DNA of 64,000 bases from Camelus ferus (lineage: Eukaryota), in assembly GCF_009834535.1 (NCBI RefSeq), contig NC_045707.1, positions 63,118,001 through 63,182,000 of the forward strand, read 5' to 3'. The notes beneath the pieces are model-generated. The model was not told the origin of the DNA and searched no databases. It saw only the letters and a program-made list of their open reading frames with translations. Positions 13,255-26,049 of this stretch are shown here, in pieces. How positions within the stretch are numbered: position 1 is the stretch's first letter; every line of letters begins with the position of its first letter. Position numbers and translations under genes: made by a program.

Positions 13255-14240
13255 TTTCTTGATTTTTCTAAAGTCTAGCAGTGCCTCTACTGACCTTCAC
13301 TCCTCTGAAACTCTCCAAATAGTTTTAGGACATTCATATACTCTGTGTTAAATCCCTTTCTGTTTGAAAAACCCAGAAAGGTTTTGGCTTTGCTGTCGCA
13401 TTATATACCAAGTGGTATGTTCCAGAAAACAGACCCTCCAAGATGGAAACCTACCAATTGTCTGTCTTCATCAGATGTAAATGAGGCAATATCATTAATT
13501 GTAGGCAGTAGGATCCTGGTAATCCATGGCTTTCAGGATCAAAACAGTTTGTTAAATTGTCACCTAAACTTGTCTAAATTGAAGACGAGGCTTTGGGAAC
13601 ACAAATGACTGTTTCAATAGAACATTACAGTAAAAAGAGAGAATTATAAAATCTTTGAGAAGAATGGCTATTTCTGACTAGACTGGAGAGACTGCAAAAA
13701 GAAAATTACAACCTCCATGCTTTAACTTCTCAGCTGAAGGTCAGGGAACCAGAGAGCTTTTATGACTAAGCTAAAAGAGTCTCATATCTCTTGTAGACTT
13801 AGAATCAGTATAACTGAAAAGCAGAGTATGGTTTGAAATTCTGAGTGGTAGAATTACAATTCAAGTAAATTTCATGACTTTATTAGGGCTTTTTTCATTT
13901 TATGTGAAAATCAGGGTACTGACTGAGAAAGTGTGGGACATTGAGAATAGGAACGGGGACCTTAAAAGTCTAAATTCCACTGAGCCTTCCTTGGCACCAA
14001 TAGCAGCTCACTTTTTGCCTCTGAGAAAAGGAGTTATCCCTTGTCTGAATCCCCTAGCATGACACTCATTGAAGGGGGTGGTGATCCTCCTCCAGACCGA
14101 CCTCCAATACACTCAGTGCCATCAGATCCGGAAGCAGAGTTAATTCCAGCCAATTTCAGGGATACGAGTAGGAACTCTGACCTTAGAGAAGATAGCAAAT
14201 ACTCTGAAAATCAAGAAATTTCAAAATGCAAGTCCTTAGA
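13255..14240 (+). mobile_element. ERVL-class provirus fragment: LTR 3' part plus degenerate 5' gag
   Basis: LTR-end-like ttaaatccctttctgtttg... is followed by sequence collinear with ERVL internal region. ORF 13874-14062 contains VKIRVLTEKVWDIENRNGDL, resembling ERV-L Gag VKVRALIGKEWDP..WNGD. Multiple stops and frameshifts. Confidence 0.75.
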
Positions 14241-14609
14241 AAATGCCACCTAAGACGACTGTAGCTCAATCACATGTCAAGTACCTAGAGCAAAATATGA
14301 AACTGTAACAAAGTATAAAAGGTAATTATACAGCAAAGGAAACGTAAGTTGCTTCTGACTACTGACAAAATTAACAGGAAAAATTGTCTGTTAACAACAA
14401 ATGCTGGCCTGATTTGACAATATTTATAGTCTTGTGTACATTCAAAGCCATACAGTCTTAATATTCACATGATAAACTGAAGATTCAAGAACAGGGTGCA
14501 CTCACTTTTGCATGCCTAGTTTACAAATGTCATCAAATTAAAACAGCTGTCCAAAATTAACGTATCAAACCTTAACTGTCTAACTAGTCAAATGCATTAA
14601 ATAAATCTT

Positions 14610-14770
14610 AGATTCAGAGAATCTGAAAGATGAAAAAAATCTTAGAGAGTATTTCGTCCAATGCCTGCATTTTGTAATTCTAAAGTCAGAGGCCAAGAAC
14701 GGTTTGGTGACTAGCAGAAAGTTTACCGTTAACTAGAAACAAGACAAAGAATCGTTTCTCCTATTTCATT
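14610..14770 (-). mobile_element. MIR/MIR3 SINE
   Basis: cttagagagtatttcgtccaatgcctgcattttgtaa...cagaggccaaga...gtgactagc. Confidence 0.6.
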
Positions 14771-17700
14771 GCCTCTTGAGTTCCCAGATATGCCAGCTGT
14801 TACTTTGAGAAATGGACTATGGAAGAACAGTAGATACAGAGAGTTTGCAAAAATATAAACATTTCTATGTTTTAAAAATATGTTACTTATGAGTGGCATT
14901 CATAATCCAGCCAGGGTTCAAGCTTGATTTGCTCTAACTTTCAATTTAAACATCAAAATGGAAGCTAACTTGTATTAATGGTAGCCAGGACTAGATTTTT
15001 ATGAATGTACATACTGTCTAGTTACAAAGACGTTTTGAGGCTATGCATTTTAAAATCTATGCAAGACTGAACCATTTAAGCATCAGACAAAATTCAAGAA
15101 ATAAGGGAATTAGATCAAACAAATCAAAAAGACCAGAGCAAGGAAAGTTGTGGTTATTCAGTATGAAACTGTTTCCTACACTTGTTAGTAGCTGATCAAA
15201 TGGATTATATGGGTATTAGAAACAAAACTTTTCTCAAAAAGCCACTGGAGTCCCTTCCTCCTGAGGGATATACGTGTGAATTGAAACTTGAAATATATTG
15301 TCCAAAACAAACTATTGCAAATGCTACAAAAAATGTAGTTGACTCAATACTCAGATACTTGCTAAGTTAAATATAAACATGTGAACTGATCCACTTTTCT
15401 ATATTGTTTTTATTATATTTAATATATAAATATTATACTTCTATTACTACATAATTATTTATATTCTATTTTAAATTTATATTGCATAAACATATATTTT
15501 ATAGATTTGTGGTTGTATTTGTAAAAAATGTTTGTCTTGTTCTCAGAAGACCTTAAGATGGGCCATAAGGATATAAAAAATATAAGAGAACACAAATATT
15601 AGAAGAAACCATCATTATATGTGTGCAACATAACAGCTAAACTCCAAGTACTTAAAAAAAAAAAAAAAGGAAAGGGAAAGAAAGATGGAGAGAGGAAAAA
15701 AGGAATAAAAGGATGAAGGGAGGAAAAAATATACAAAACAAAAAATAACTATTTGCAACGTGGGATGCCAACACCTGGTAAATCCAACCCTGGGGCTGTC
15801 TATAAATATAAACTTCCATTTGTCAACGTAGAAATAGCCCTGGCTAATGTAAAAACAATTAATAGATCTTCCAGCAGAGGCAAGCGCTGACAGTCCAGAT
15901 TAGCTCCTTCAACAACATGTAAACCAAGACTCCCCAGAGCCCCGTGGATGGGAAATATATTAATATCAACTCTGTGACCACTCAGCACCATGACGTGTAG
16001 TGTCTGTTCAGGAGGTCATTTCCAAAATGCATCCCATACATCTTCCTGCACAAGAGATGATAATTTATCACCCAGACGTAGGGATCTACTGTAAACTAAT
16101 CCAAACTGCTGATGATACACTAAATCAGCTTGAGTGATGAGTATAAATAAAGCTGCAAGGGAAGTACTGAAGGATAAAGATCCATCTGATCAATGAGATG
16201 TCACAAGGTAAATGAAATGCAATGTTGACAAACATAGAGTCCCTCAGCTGAAAATTAACCAAATCAAGTATCAGAGCACAACGGCCCAAATTAACACAAG
16301 CTTCCAATGAAAGTTTAATATAATGGGAGTCAGAGGGTATATTCCAACTGTTTCATAAGTAATTGAACAGACTGGGTCAATTGAAAAGGGCATATTAAAA
16401 AATGGATCTGTTTTGCACACCATACAAAGTATGACAAGACAAAGAAAAAACTGTTACAAAGCAACAGTCCTTTCCAGATAACGTAACTATAGTTATTCAA
16501 TCTGCCGAGCGAATCCATAAACACAAATGAGGGAAAAGAAACAATAAAAACTGTATCCAGAAAATGATTTCACGTCAACTTGCTACCAGGAGATCAAATT
16601 TGATTTGTGTAGCCCTTATGAAAGCTTAGATAGTTTCTGTAACTGTGATGCTACAACTTCAATTGGGGGAAAACAAGAGGAGTGGGGATAACAAAGGACA
16701 TTTCTCCAGACAGTTGACATTCATGGAGGGCACTCTTTGAGAAAAAAAAAAAAGATTTTCCTAACTATGTGATCAGAATAGAGACATTAGCAGCTCGGCA
16801 AACATGCTCAATGGAATTCAGCTATTCTGAAGGTGTCCCTCACGGAAAAAGGTGGTTAAAGTAAATTTCAACCCCTGCCAGAACAATTCTGTAAAAATAT
16901 TTTCTAAGGGAAATTATTCTTCAAGAAATTTATATATATTTTTCCCTGTTGTATGAAGCATTTATAGCTTTGTCATAACATATTTAACTCTGGCTTTGTA
17001 TTTTATCATTTAGTTTATTTTGGTTTGAAGATGAAATTATACTACTAAAATATGTCCTGATCCTGTATGTAGTTTATTTAAATTTCAAAATGAAAAGCTT
17101 ACTAAGAACAGATAAGATTGATTGCTCTCTCTGTCTTAGCATAATTGTATTTCAGGTGAACATCAATTTACTTTAAAGGACACTTCTAAGTAGCAGAATG
17201 CAGCATAAATAATTCATCAATCACTGCTGCTGGGAACATGATTTACTCCAACAGGTTCAATGGAATAAAAGTTCTATTTTTCTATATTTGTATTCGCTTT
17301 CAAGAGTTTAAGACTCCTCCTTTTCTAAGAACCTACTCCTAAATTCCATACTTCATACTCTAAGTGCAGTATGATAAAACTGTTTCTATTTCCCCCTTTA
17401 TTTAAAATATTGTATTTTCTAATTAAAAAAAAACACTTAAATATTTTTGGAACAAATAACAATCGATGCATATCAACATTAGGACAGCAAACAACATAAA
17501 AGGCACATATCTGAAAAACAGCAGTAAGAACTTCTCAAATACATAATTCTAGCAGGGCTAACATTGTTTTCACTTTATACGAACATTTAAATGGAAGTAA
17601 AGGGAAATAGACTTTCATAAAACCTTACATAGAATATTTAGGATCTGATATATCTGCAAATTACTTCAATTTAAAAATGCATATTAAAGAGATTCTAAAT

Positions 17701-17920
17701 GGTGTAACAGTTCGAGTTTTACGAGTTGTATGATACAGTGAGTATCTTATCTACCACTTTCATTTGCCATATGGAAAGACACGGCTTACCTTCCTCATCT
17801 TAAAGTTTTCCATCAAATTCAGTAATTTTATACTGGCATTTTCCCAAGCTGTGAAATATCTTTAAAATAAACATAGGAACAAGAAAAAATATAAGAGAAA
17901 ATAGAAAGCATTTTACTTAC

Positions 17921-17986
17921 TTGCAAACCCCTCTGAAACACTGAATGGCCCATAAAATTAGCCAGCATTCTAATTAAAGCAGCGCC
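17921..17986 (-). CDS. TRHDE: TRHDE internal coding exon (66 nt, phase 0-0), next after the 138-nt exon
   Basis: Minus strand reads ctctttcctacag|GGCGCTGCT...GGTTTGCAA|gtaagt. It encodes GAALIRMLANFMGHSVFQRGLQ, continuing IAYKK in frame (M1 family YxKGAxxIRML motif). Confidence 0.96.
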
Positions 17987-18454
17987 CTGTAGGAAAGAGT
18001 GTTTTTTTAAAAAGAAAAGAAAAGGAAAAATTTCAACCAAGTAACATAATTCTAAAATGATTCTATATCATTCAAAAATAGTCTGCTTCTTTCATGCAAT
18101 TTTATTCTTAAAAATAGTTAAAAAATAAAAGAACTATGAAAACAATACTTCACTTACAGGTAATAACTGCATTTTTTGGTTTGTTTTGTGGATCTAAAAC
18201 CAACGACTTCAAAATAGAAAGCTCTTGGACAAAATATCTCAGGGCCATAATAAGCTGTAATTTGGGAATAATACAAATTTTATTGGGCACTCTTTATGGC
18301 AAAATTAATAAAACATGATTCTTGTACTCACAAGTTCATAATCAAGTAAGGGCGGGATACTCATGTTAATAAATAATCGTATTAAAATACGATTTTGAAG
18401 TAACATAGCTAGTTACTCTACTGCTGGCTCAAACAAGAATACTTTACCCCTAGA

Positions 18455-18710
18455 TGTGGAGAGCAGGGAGTGCCAGGCAGTCTCACTGCTGGAGTTCAAA
18501 TCCCGGCTCTGGCACGTACTCTCCAGGTTTACTCAGGAAAACTATTTAACCCTTCTGTTCCTCACTTTTCTCACTTGTAAAACATAGGCAATAATAGTCC
18601 TAATTTAATATGATTGTTCGGAAATTTAAATAAATTACTATATATAAGGCAGTTCAAACTGGGTTTGGAAAATAGTAACCATGATAGAAGTATTAACTGT
18701 CAGTATTATA
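18455..18710 (+). mobile_element. MIR SINE
   Basis: ggagttcaaatcccggctctggcac...tttaacccttctgttcctcacttttctcacttgtaaaac...ataatagt. Confidence 0.8.
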
Positions 18711-19554
18711 CAAGTTAATTATTTTTACTTCCTGTTTTTTTCCCTTTAGAAACTTGTATATATCCATAGACAAGTAGAACAAATATGTAGTTGATATAAA
18801 TATTTAAAGTAATAGAAGAAAACACTAACTTAAGTCTATCTCACTTGGAGAATGATTATTATATTGTAGGACAAGACCAGTGCAAAAAGGTTGACATGTA
18901 ATCAATATGAAACACTTCAAGAAATGATGGTTAAGCCTGGGTGATCACAAATCTGTATGTAAAATGTAAATAAGCCTTCAAGGAGATATTTCAATCTGCA
19001 CCGAATTGTTTTATGAAGCAGTGGATATAAGCAGCAAAAGTTTAAATATAAATGATAGCCTGGTTTTAAGGAGGAAAAAAAAATCCCCTTATGACTGTGT
19101 ATCCCACTTCATCCAAATTCTTATTCGTCAATAACTATTTCTTACTAGGTATCTCTTTTTTATAAGAGAATCATAAGAATCACATAGAGACCCATCCTGC
19201 CTGCGGCTGGACTGAGGCAGCCAGTACAGAGAGGCAAGAATGAATTTCCATTGTTTGTTACCAGAATCATTTCCTGTAATTCTGGAATTTTAATGCAATA
19301 CAGTACTCAGGATCCATGAATCACCATTAAAGAAATGTCTCAAAACATCTCAGTCATCACCACTGTCACTCCCAAAATGGGTATTTTATTCGCAACTCAA
19401 CAATGATGAGGCTGGCAAGCCACAGAGCTGTATGCCTCTTCTGATTTATTTTTCTCCTACCCCTTCTACTCTTTGCTCTTTCTTTTTGCTTCTTACTCTT
19501 TATCTTCTGCACACTAGTATAAATCCATAAAATATAAGCCTTTATGATTCAATC

Positions 19555-19927
19555 TGGGGACCAGGTTAGAATTCCCTTTAGAACTTATCAACTCTGCTCC
19601 TTGAATTTCCTCGACAAGCTCCCCTCCTATGCATTTCCCAATCTAATCTACCTACCCTGAGGGTGGAAACTGTCAGTTCTGCAGAAAAACTAACCCTTGC
19701 CACCTACGGAGGGAGACAGAGTCTCCTGCAGTCAACTCAAACTTTCCTTCAGGACAGAATAGCCATCTTCAGATGATTTAAGTGTTTCCCTCCAGGTAAT
19801 GAAGACTTGGTCTCTTGTCGGGCTATAAAAACCATCATTTTAGCATGGGCTAATGGCAAAGGAGTCCTTCCTAATAAAGAATGTACCCGTTTTCCTGTCT
19901 GGGTTGAGCTGGAGCAGAGTACCAACA
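19555..19927 (+). mobile_element. Possible old solo LTR (family unresolved)
   Basis: TATAAAA near 19824, AATAAA near 19873 and a terminal ...ccaaCA with LTR-like spacing. The 5' boundary is uncertain. Confidence 0.35.
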
Positions 19928-20141
19928 GGAAATAAAACCTAGAAATATAACCAATATTTAAAAGTTATAAAATATCACTGTACTCATTACTATTATTATT
20001 ATATTGTATAATTTAATTAAATTTTGGAAAATATGTCTGTTTTGCTGACTTGAACATTTTAAGCTCTCCATAGAAGCATGTATTCTGCTATTTTTAACTA
20101 GCCATTTCTTTCCAAAGATCAATTTTAAAAATCCCTGTTTC

Positions 20142-20253
20142 ATGAAAAAGAATATGAAAACGAATCTATGCATACACATGCATGACTGGGGACACTGTAC
20201 TGTACACCAGAAATTAACACATTGTAACTGACTATACTTCAATAAAAAAAAAA
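20142..20253 (+). mobile_element. Short 5'-truncated young L1 3' end (artiodactyl/camelid type)
   Basis: gaaaaagaatatg...actgtactgtacaccagaaattaacacattgtaactgactatacttcaataaaaaaaaa with an approximate TSD (aaaatccctgtttc / aaaattcccatttc). Confidence 0.8.
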
Positions 20254-21059
20254 TTCCCATTTCACAGAATTTCATAAATCACTAAGTATCATCATGCAGC
20301 CAACATATACTAAGCACCTACTATATATGGGTTATAACAAAGATCACAACTCTTAATGTAGGAAAAACAGTAAACTGTTTTCAGAAACAAAACACTGAAT
20401 CCCCTTTCACTGTATCTTTAAAACATTTTTCACCAAAGTAAATATTATTTACAATATTATAACTTATACTCACTTGTGATTCAAAATTCCAGCCCCATTC
20501 AAACAAACTGGATGTTAGACAGCCTAAGCAGCTTTATGGAAATAAATATACGATTTCTGCAAGATTTGTATAATTTTGAGACTAACTCAAGAAAACCATC
20601 ACCATATTTGCTATACTAAGACTCAAGGAGATATTCGGATGGAAACTACTGACTGATTTTTTTAAGATTTCACAAAGAATATTCTACAAAAGTATGCTTA
20701 TAAACTCATTAGTCATTTAGTAATTTTTCTATTTGGAATATCCTTTTCATATAAGCTGCCAGCTAAAATTATTTTTATTTTACATGTAATCCTTTGCATG
20801 TATGTTAGTCTCAAAGACAGTAAACATCTCCAGAGAAAGCACTGTGTCCTTATGACTTGGTATCCCTGTTCCCTGTGCCTGGATCAGAAAGGTGTTCCCT
20901 CAACATAATAACTGGATGAGAAAGAGAAATTAGTTGCACACGTAGCAATTACTTTGTATTCTTGAAGACTACTCAGCCAGGATAGACAGTTTATTACTTT
21001 AGAGTATCAGTGTGCTTTGGTGGTAAGTAATCACTTCTGAAGACAGGAAGCTCTTCCCA

Positions 21060-21960
21060 ACTGATTTATTCCTTTAACATATGCTAATTGAGTAAGGTGG
21101 TGTGCTCAGTAACCTGCAAAACATAAATAGGAACGCCACAAGTCTCTGTCCTCAAGGACCTCAAACTTTCCTAAGTGAGATGAGAAGACGCAACATAGTA
21201 TAAGATGAATGACAAAAGGAATAAAATACTCTACTGTGTTTCAGAAGAGGGAGAGGTTATTTTATCTGGAGGGGTGAAGGATAAAGAGGATGCAAAGAAG
21301 TGTCACTTGTGCTGGACCTTGAAGGATGGATGGGGTTCCATGAGCAAAGGTAAACAGAGCGTGTGTGCACGGTGTGGCAGGAACAGCCCTTGGGGGATGC
21401 CATGCAGATATGAAAGTGAAAAACACAAGTGTGGAAGGAAATACTGAAGGACAAAGGGCTTATAACGAGGTGACAGACGATTCAATGTACTGTATGATTG
21501 AAGCGGTTGTTAGAAGACTGAATACCAGGACTAAACAATCGGAACTTTGTTAGAGGATCAGGAAGGATTTTTGAAAAGGTGGTTAAAAAAGTCAGGATTT
21601 ATCTATGATACTCCAAGAAAGAAGTAAAATAACCAGAAGCAAATGGTGACGGTGAGGGTAAAAACCAGAGATAGGCTTAACAGATAGAACAGAAATTATT
21701 TTAAATCTTAAAGCTTCAGTGACTGGAAGATGATATTAGCAGATATGCAGAGTTTAAAAGAAAGTGTTAGGTGAATGTGGCAGCACCCATTTGAAAGCGG
21801 TGGAGTTTGAGAAGCAAGGAGGGGACTTGAGGAACAGACAGCAAATGTGACCACAGGAATGAAATTCAGCAGACGATTATGATTGAAGACATAACTTGGG
21901 ATTTGTAGGGGCTGAGATTGCCAAGAGAAAAGCGCTGAGGTTTCAGTGAAAGAGATAGAA
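21060..21960 (-). mobile_element. L2 LINE
   Basis: Purine-rich reverse L2: atttattcctttaacatatg...gtctctgtcctcaaggacctca...gctggaccttgaaggatg. Confidence 0.7.
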
Positions 21961-22829
21961 AACAATCTCTCTACAGATTCTGTATGACCTGCACTTAAGT
22001 GCCCTTAATAGGCACTCAATAAAAACTGCTGAGAAAATCAATGAAACAAAAATTAAGATCAAAGGATGACACACTGATTAAAAAAATAAAAGAACTGGGT
22101 GTAAGCAGTATCACAGAAGACACGTTTTAAGAATAGGTGCTTCAGTTTTCAATGAAAAAAACAGCCATGAGAAAGCCAAAGTAGGTCCTGGTTAAGAGAG
22201 AGCTGTTTAAATAGACCTGGTGCAAAACCTAGATTGAAGAACAATGGAAACAGAGGAAGAAAAGAGAAAGCAATAAGCATGTTCACCTGAGGTTTGTTTA
22301 TGTTTCTCTTTTTAAAAACATGGGAGAAAACTTTATGCAAAGAAAAAGACGATCTAGTGAAGACAGATACTGGAGTCACAGTAGGTCAAGAGGCAGGTGT
22401 TGGAGCAAAATTCTAGGGTAACTAAATAAGAAGACAATTAAAGTTAGTCTTGGAAAAGAATAAGGACAAACTAAGGCAGAAAAGGGAAGTAAAGATAAAT
22501 TTAAAAGTTTGAAATGTAAGACACAGAAGTTGAGGAAATACACTATAAGCTTCAACAGAGTGGTGACTTGGTCTGTCTGACTCAACACTACAGACTCAGT
22601 GCAAAAAAACAAAAACAAAGACAAAAAAAAAAAACCAGTTCCTGGCACATAGTAGGTTCTCAGTAAATGCTGAATGATAGCTTGTCACTCCTCAGTAATG
22701 TAGACGATGTGGTCCCAAGATTATGTGACTGGGAAGGGTAGAACTGGGTTTGAAGTAACTCCCATGAGAAGCCAAAAAAGACACGGAAATGTGCAGAAAA
22801 GTCACAAGTCCTACTTGAAATTATTAATA

Positions 22830-23015
22830 AAGTACTTGTCATTTATTAAGCAATTACTATATGTCATATTCACAATATTGTGAGGAAAATGCCACTGTTT
22901 TTTATTTGTCAGATCATAAAATTGAGGCTTGAAAGGATATGTGTAACTTGGCCAAATTAATACAGATACAGTAATGGAGCCAGGACTAGAAGCTCACCCA
23001 CATTCAACTCCAAAA
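22830..23015 (-). mobile_element. MIR SINE
   Basis: catttattaagcaattactatatg...aaattgaggct...taacttggccaa...ggagccaggactagaa. Confidence 0.75.
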
Positions 23016-23386
23016 TTAGTTGAATCTTAACCAATCTGGATGACTTTCTTGTCAAAACCTAAATCAAAATAGTTACATGATACTCTTCAGAAACACTGGG
23101 TACAATAAGAACTTAGAAAAAGAAAGGAAATTCTTAGAATTACTCAGAGCTTAGAATCAGTAGATGTTCCCAGAAGAGGATGAAGGGAAACCTAGTTCAA
23201 GAGACATAGTTGAAATAGTTGACCAACATGCCCAGGATTGGGATGGAACAGAAGGCATAGATTGGCTAGCAGAATAGAACACGTTGATGGACTAGGAGAT
23301 GTAAGGTAAGTTTTGGGCACGTTCAGTAAGAACAAAGGGCCAGCAAAGTTGAAATAGTGGTGTTTTCATCAGATGCTGTGTGTGGA

Positions 23387-23762
23387 TGTGGCAGCTGTGA
23401 AAAGGCACTGCTTTGATTTCCTACTGTTAGCCCGCCTGCATTCTCCACCATGAACTTCCTTCAGTTCACTCCAAGCCTATGACTGAGCACGACAGGGGAG
23501 CTAAGCTGGGAGAGCCAGTGGACTCCTCTAATGGAAAACTCCGGCTCCAGGACTCCCTGCTGGCCTGCATGAATGTTTCTTGCAATCAGGCTGCAGTCTG
23601 AAGCTCTTTCAAATCAAGGCTTCTTCCCTGCCCTGTCTCCTTGCACAGGTGTGAACTACAGTGTGGCCTCCAGGTGGCTCTCCCTACCTTCTCTGGCTCT
23701 TTTCCCAAGTAAATATCTCACACACCATAATGTTTTCCTCTCAGAAGACCCTACCCAACTGA
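23387..23762 (+). mobile_element. ERVL LTR (LTR16A-like)
   Basis: Begins tgtggcagc, contains gctgcagtctgaagctct, cacaggtgtga and ggctctccctaccttct, and ends ctcagaagaccc..., as in recalled LTR16A. Confidence 0.75.
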
Positions 23763-24739
23763 GTGCCTTTAAATGCTGTGGTCAAAACAAATGTAAATTA
23801 TTGGATGAAAGGTCACTGGAATAAGATGGTACTAAGAATTCTCTAATATTAAGTAGCACACACACCCGAAACAAAACCTTTTCCTTCTTACTCCTCTCAA
23901 GAAGTCCTTCAGCAGATATATTCCAATATCCCACATTACAGACGTGTTTCCTCTTCTCCAGGTCAGGAACAGGTAGGAAATAATGTATCATTATATTCAG
24001 TTTACATATGGGAGAGACTGAGGCAAAGGGGTAAGTATTTTGTACAGGTATAGTAGCTCCCGGAACTTGTCTCCAGACTTGTTCCATCCATTCAGTTGTT
24101 GAGTTCTTTGATTAGCACAGAAACCCCTAAGGTAACACTTTCTTGTTACTTTCTAAGTTACTGAAAGGATTAGTCTATTGATTCTAAATCAAAGTACTTT
24201 TATAATGTAAACTTCTAAATGATGTCTTTGCACTGTATCTGGACATGTGTAGAGATTATGCAATGCTCTAACATGATTTGTTGCTGAAGAATGTCTTTGG
24301 TCTGGAGTAAAAGCATATCTTAAATCCTCTAAGGTTTTTCAAAAACATATTTTTCCCTATTTTTAAAACAAGGGTATGAAAGCTATATTTAGGACTCTAG
24401 AGGGAAGAATAAATATCTAATCCTGGATATCAACTCACTTGCAAATTGATTACCCAAATGAAAGGCAGAGAGAGAGAGAAGAGAAAGAAGGAAAAAGAGG
24501 ACAAAAAGGGAAAGTTAGTTTGACAAAGAAAGCAGAATTAATGCCCCATTGCCCCAGTCACTCATGCTTGGAACCTTGGAGTCCTCTTTGATTTATTACT
24601 TCCTGAGGCCAAGTCTCTACCACTGCACAGCTGAATTATTTCACAGACTGTCAGTGACAGCCTCAGATGCATTCTTACCTTCACAAGTTCACCCTATGGA
24701 CCACATCAGGGTAATAATTAATAGTTACTTCTGAAGAAG

Positions 24740-25160
24740 CATAATGCCTGCTAAAACTTCTAGCTCTGTCATCTTACTAGATGTGAGAGCTTAGGCATGT
24801 TAGATGAGCTGCCTAAGTATCTACAATTAGAACAGAAAACAACAGCAATGACTACTACTAGTACTGATGATGGTGATGATGATGGTGATGATGGTGGTGA
24901 TGGTGATGATGGTGGTGATGATGATGGTGATGGTGGTGATGATGGTGGTGATGGTGATGATAATGATGATGATGATGATGATGCTGCTGATGATGATGAT
25001 GGTGACAATGATAATGGTGATGATGATGATGATGATACCTCAGGATTTTTCTGAGGATTCATTTAAACTATTGATATAAAGTACCTAGAACAGTGTTTGG
25101 CATATAATATGCTTCAGCAAAAGTTTGTAATTAGTATCATCTTCATCATTACCATTATTT
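24740..25160 (+). mobile_element. MIR SINE interrupted by a trinucleotide repeat
   Basis: 5' part tctagctctgtcatcttactagatgtgag; 3' part acctcagga...tgaggatt...aaagtacctagaacagtgtttggcata. Confidence 0.75.
24865..25036. repeat. Compound (GAT/GGT)n microsatellite
   Basis: About 172 bp of GAT/GGT triplets with AAT, GCT and GAC variants. Confidence 0.97.
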
Positions 25161-26049
25161 TATGTTAGCTCCCTGCTCCCTCCCCTCATACTCTTTACTT
25201 CTTAAAATAATTTCCTATGGCAGTAAATCAAGGGCATACACAATGAAACACACCATTACCTATCAACACTTTTTCCCATATGGCCAAATAATCAGCCTCT
25301 AGTTAAGTTGATCTTATATCCCATAAGCATACCTTATATTCTCATGTTTTAATCATGCTATTTACATCAACTGCAATGATACTCTTTTTCAGTCTTATAT
25401 TCGAAGCCCTATACGTTATTCAAAAGCAAATGGAAAGTCCATACAGTACCATGAAACTTCCCATAAATGTGTTACTCTTCAATGCTTTTACTCCCCCCTG
25501 CAGTCATAAACCCTTTAAATCTAATCTACACAATTTATCAAATTATTTTCCATCACTCACTAATTGTTTTACATGACTGTTTCTTCTTTCCGCAGTTAGA
25601 TGTAGGTCATATCATTTAGACTTATTATTGGCACACCTGTTTGTTGTCAATGCTTTTCCATTGCCAATGAAAGATGACCCTAGCTAAAAGAAGTACCCAC
25701 CAACTAATTGCTAGTTTCAAATCAACAATCCAAACCATGAGCTTATAACCAATAAAATGGTACTCAATCTTCCCTATGGTGAAATTCAGCAGATAGCCTA
25801 CACTGAGGCCTTCTTCTTTTTTAAAGCATTTTGTTTCTCAGGTATTGTTATTCAAACAGGGTAATATATATTTACATCAATAGGAAACCAAAAAAGAGCA
25901 CCACAGATCCAGGGACAAGAAAACAGGGACCTTTCAACAGCGTCAGAAATAGCACTTACACAAAAGCATTTGATTAAAGAAACTGGAAACATAGAAACCC
26001 TGTAAACTCAGTGAGTGTTCATGGAAGGATAGCACTTAAGAGCAGAAAT

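Noticed and set aside
24769..25079. Poly-Asp/Gly, poly-Ser/Pro and poly-Met/Val ORFs
   Set aside because: Artefacts of the GAT/GGT microsatellite.
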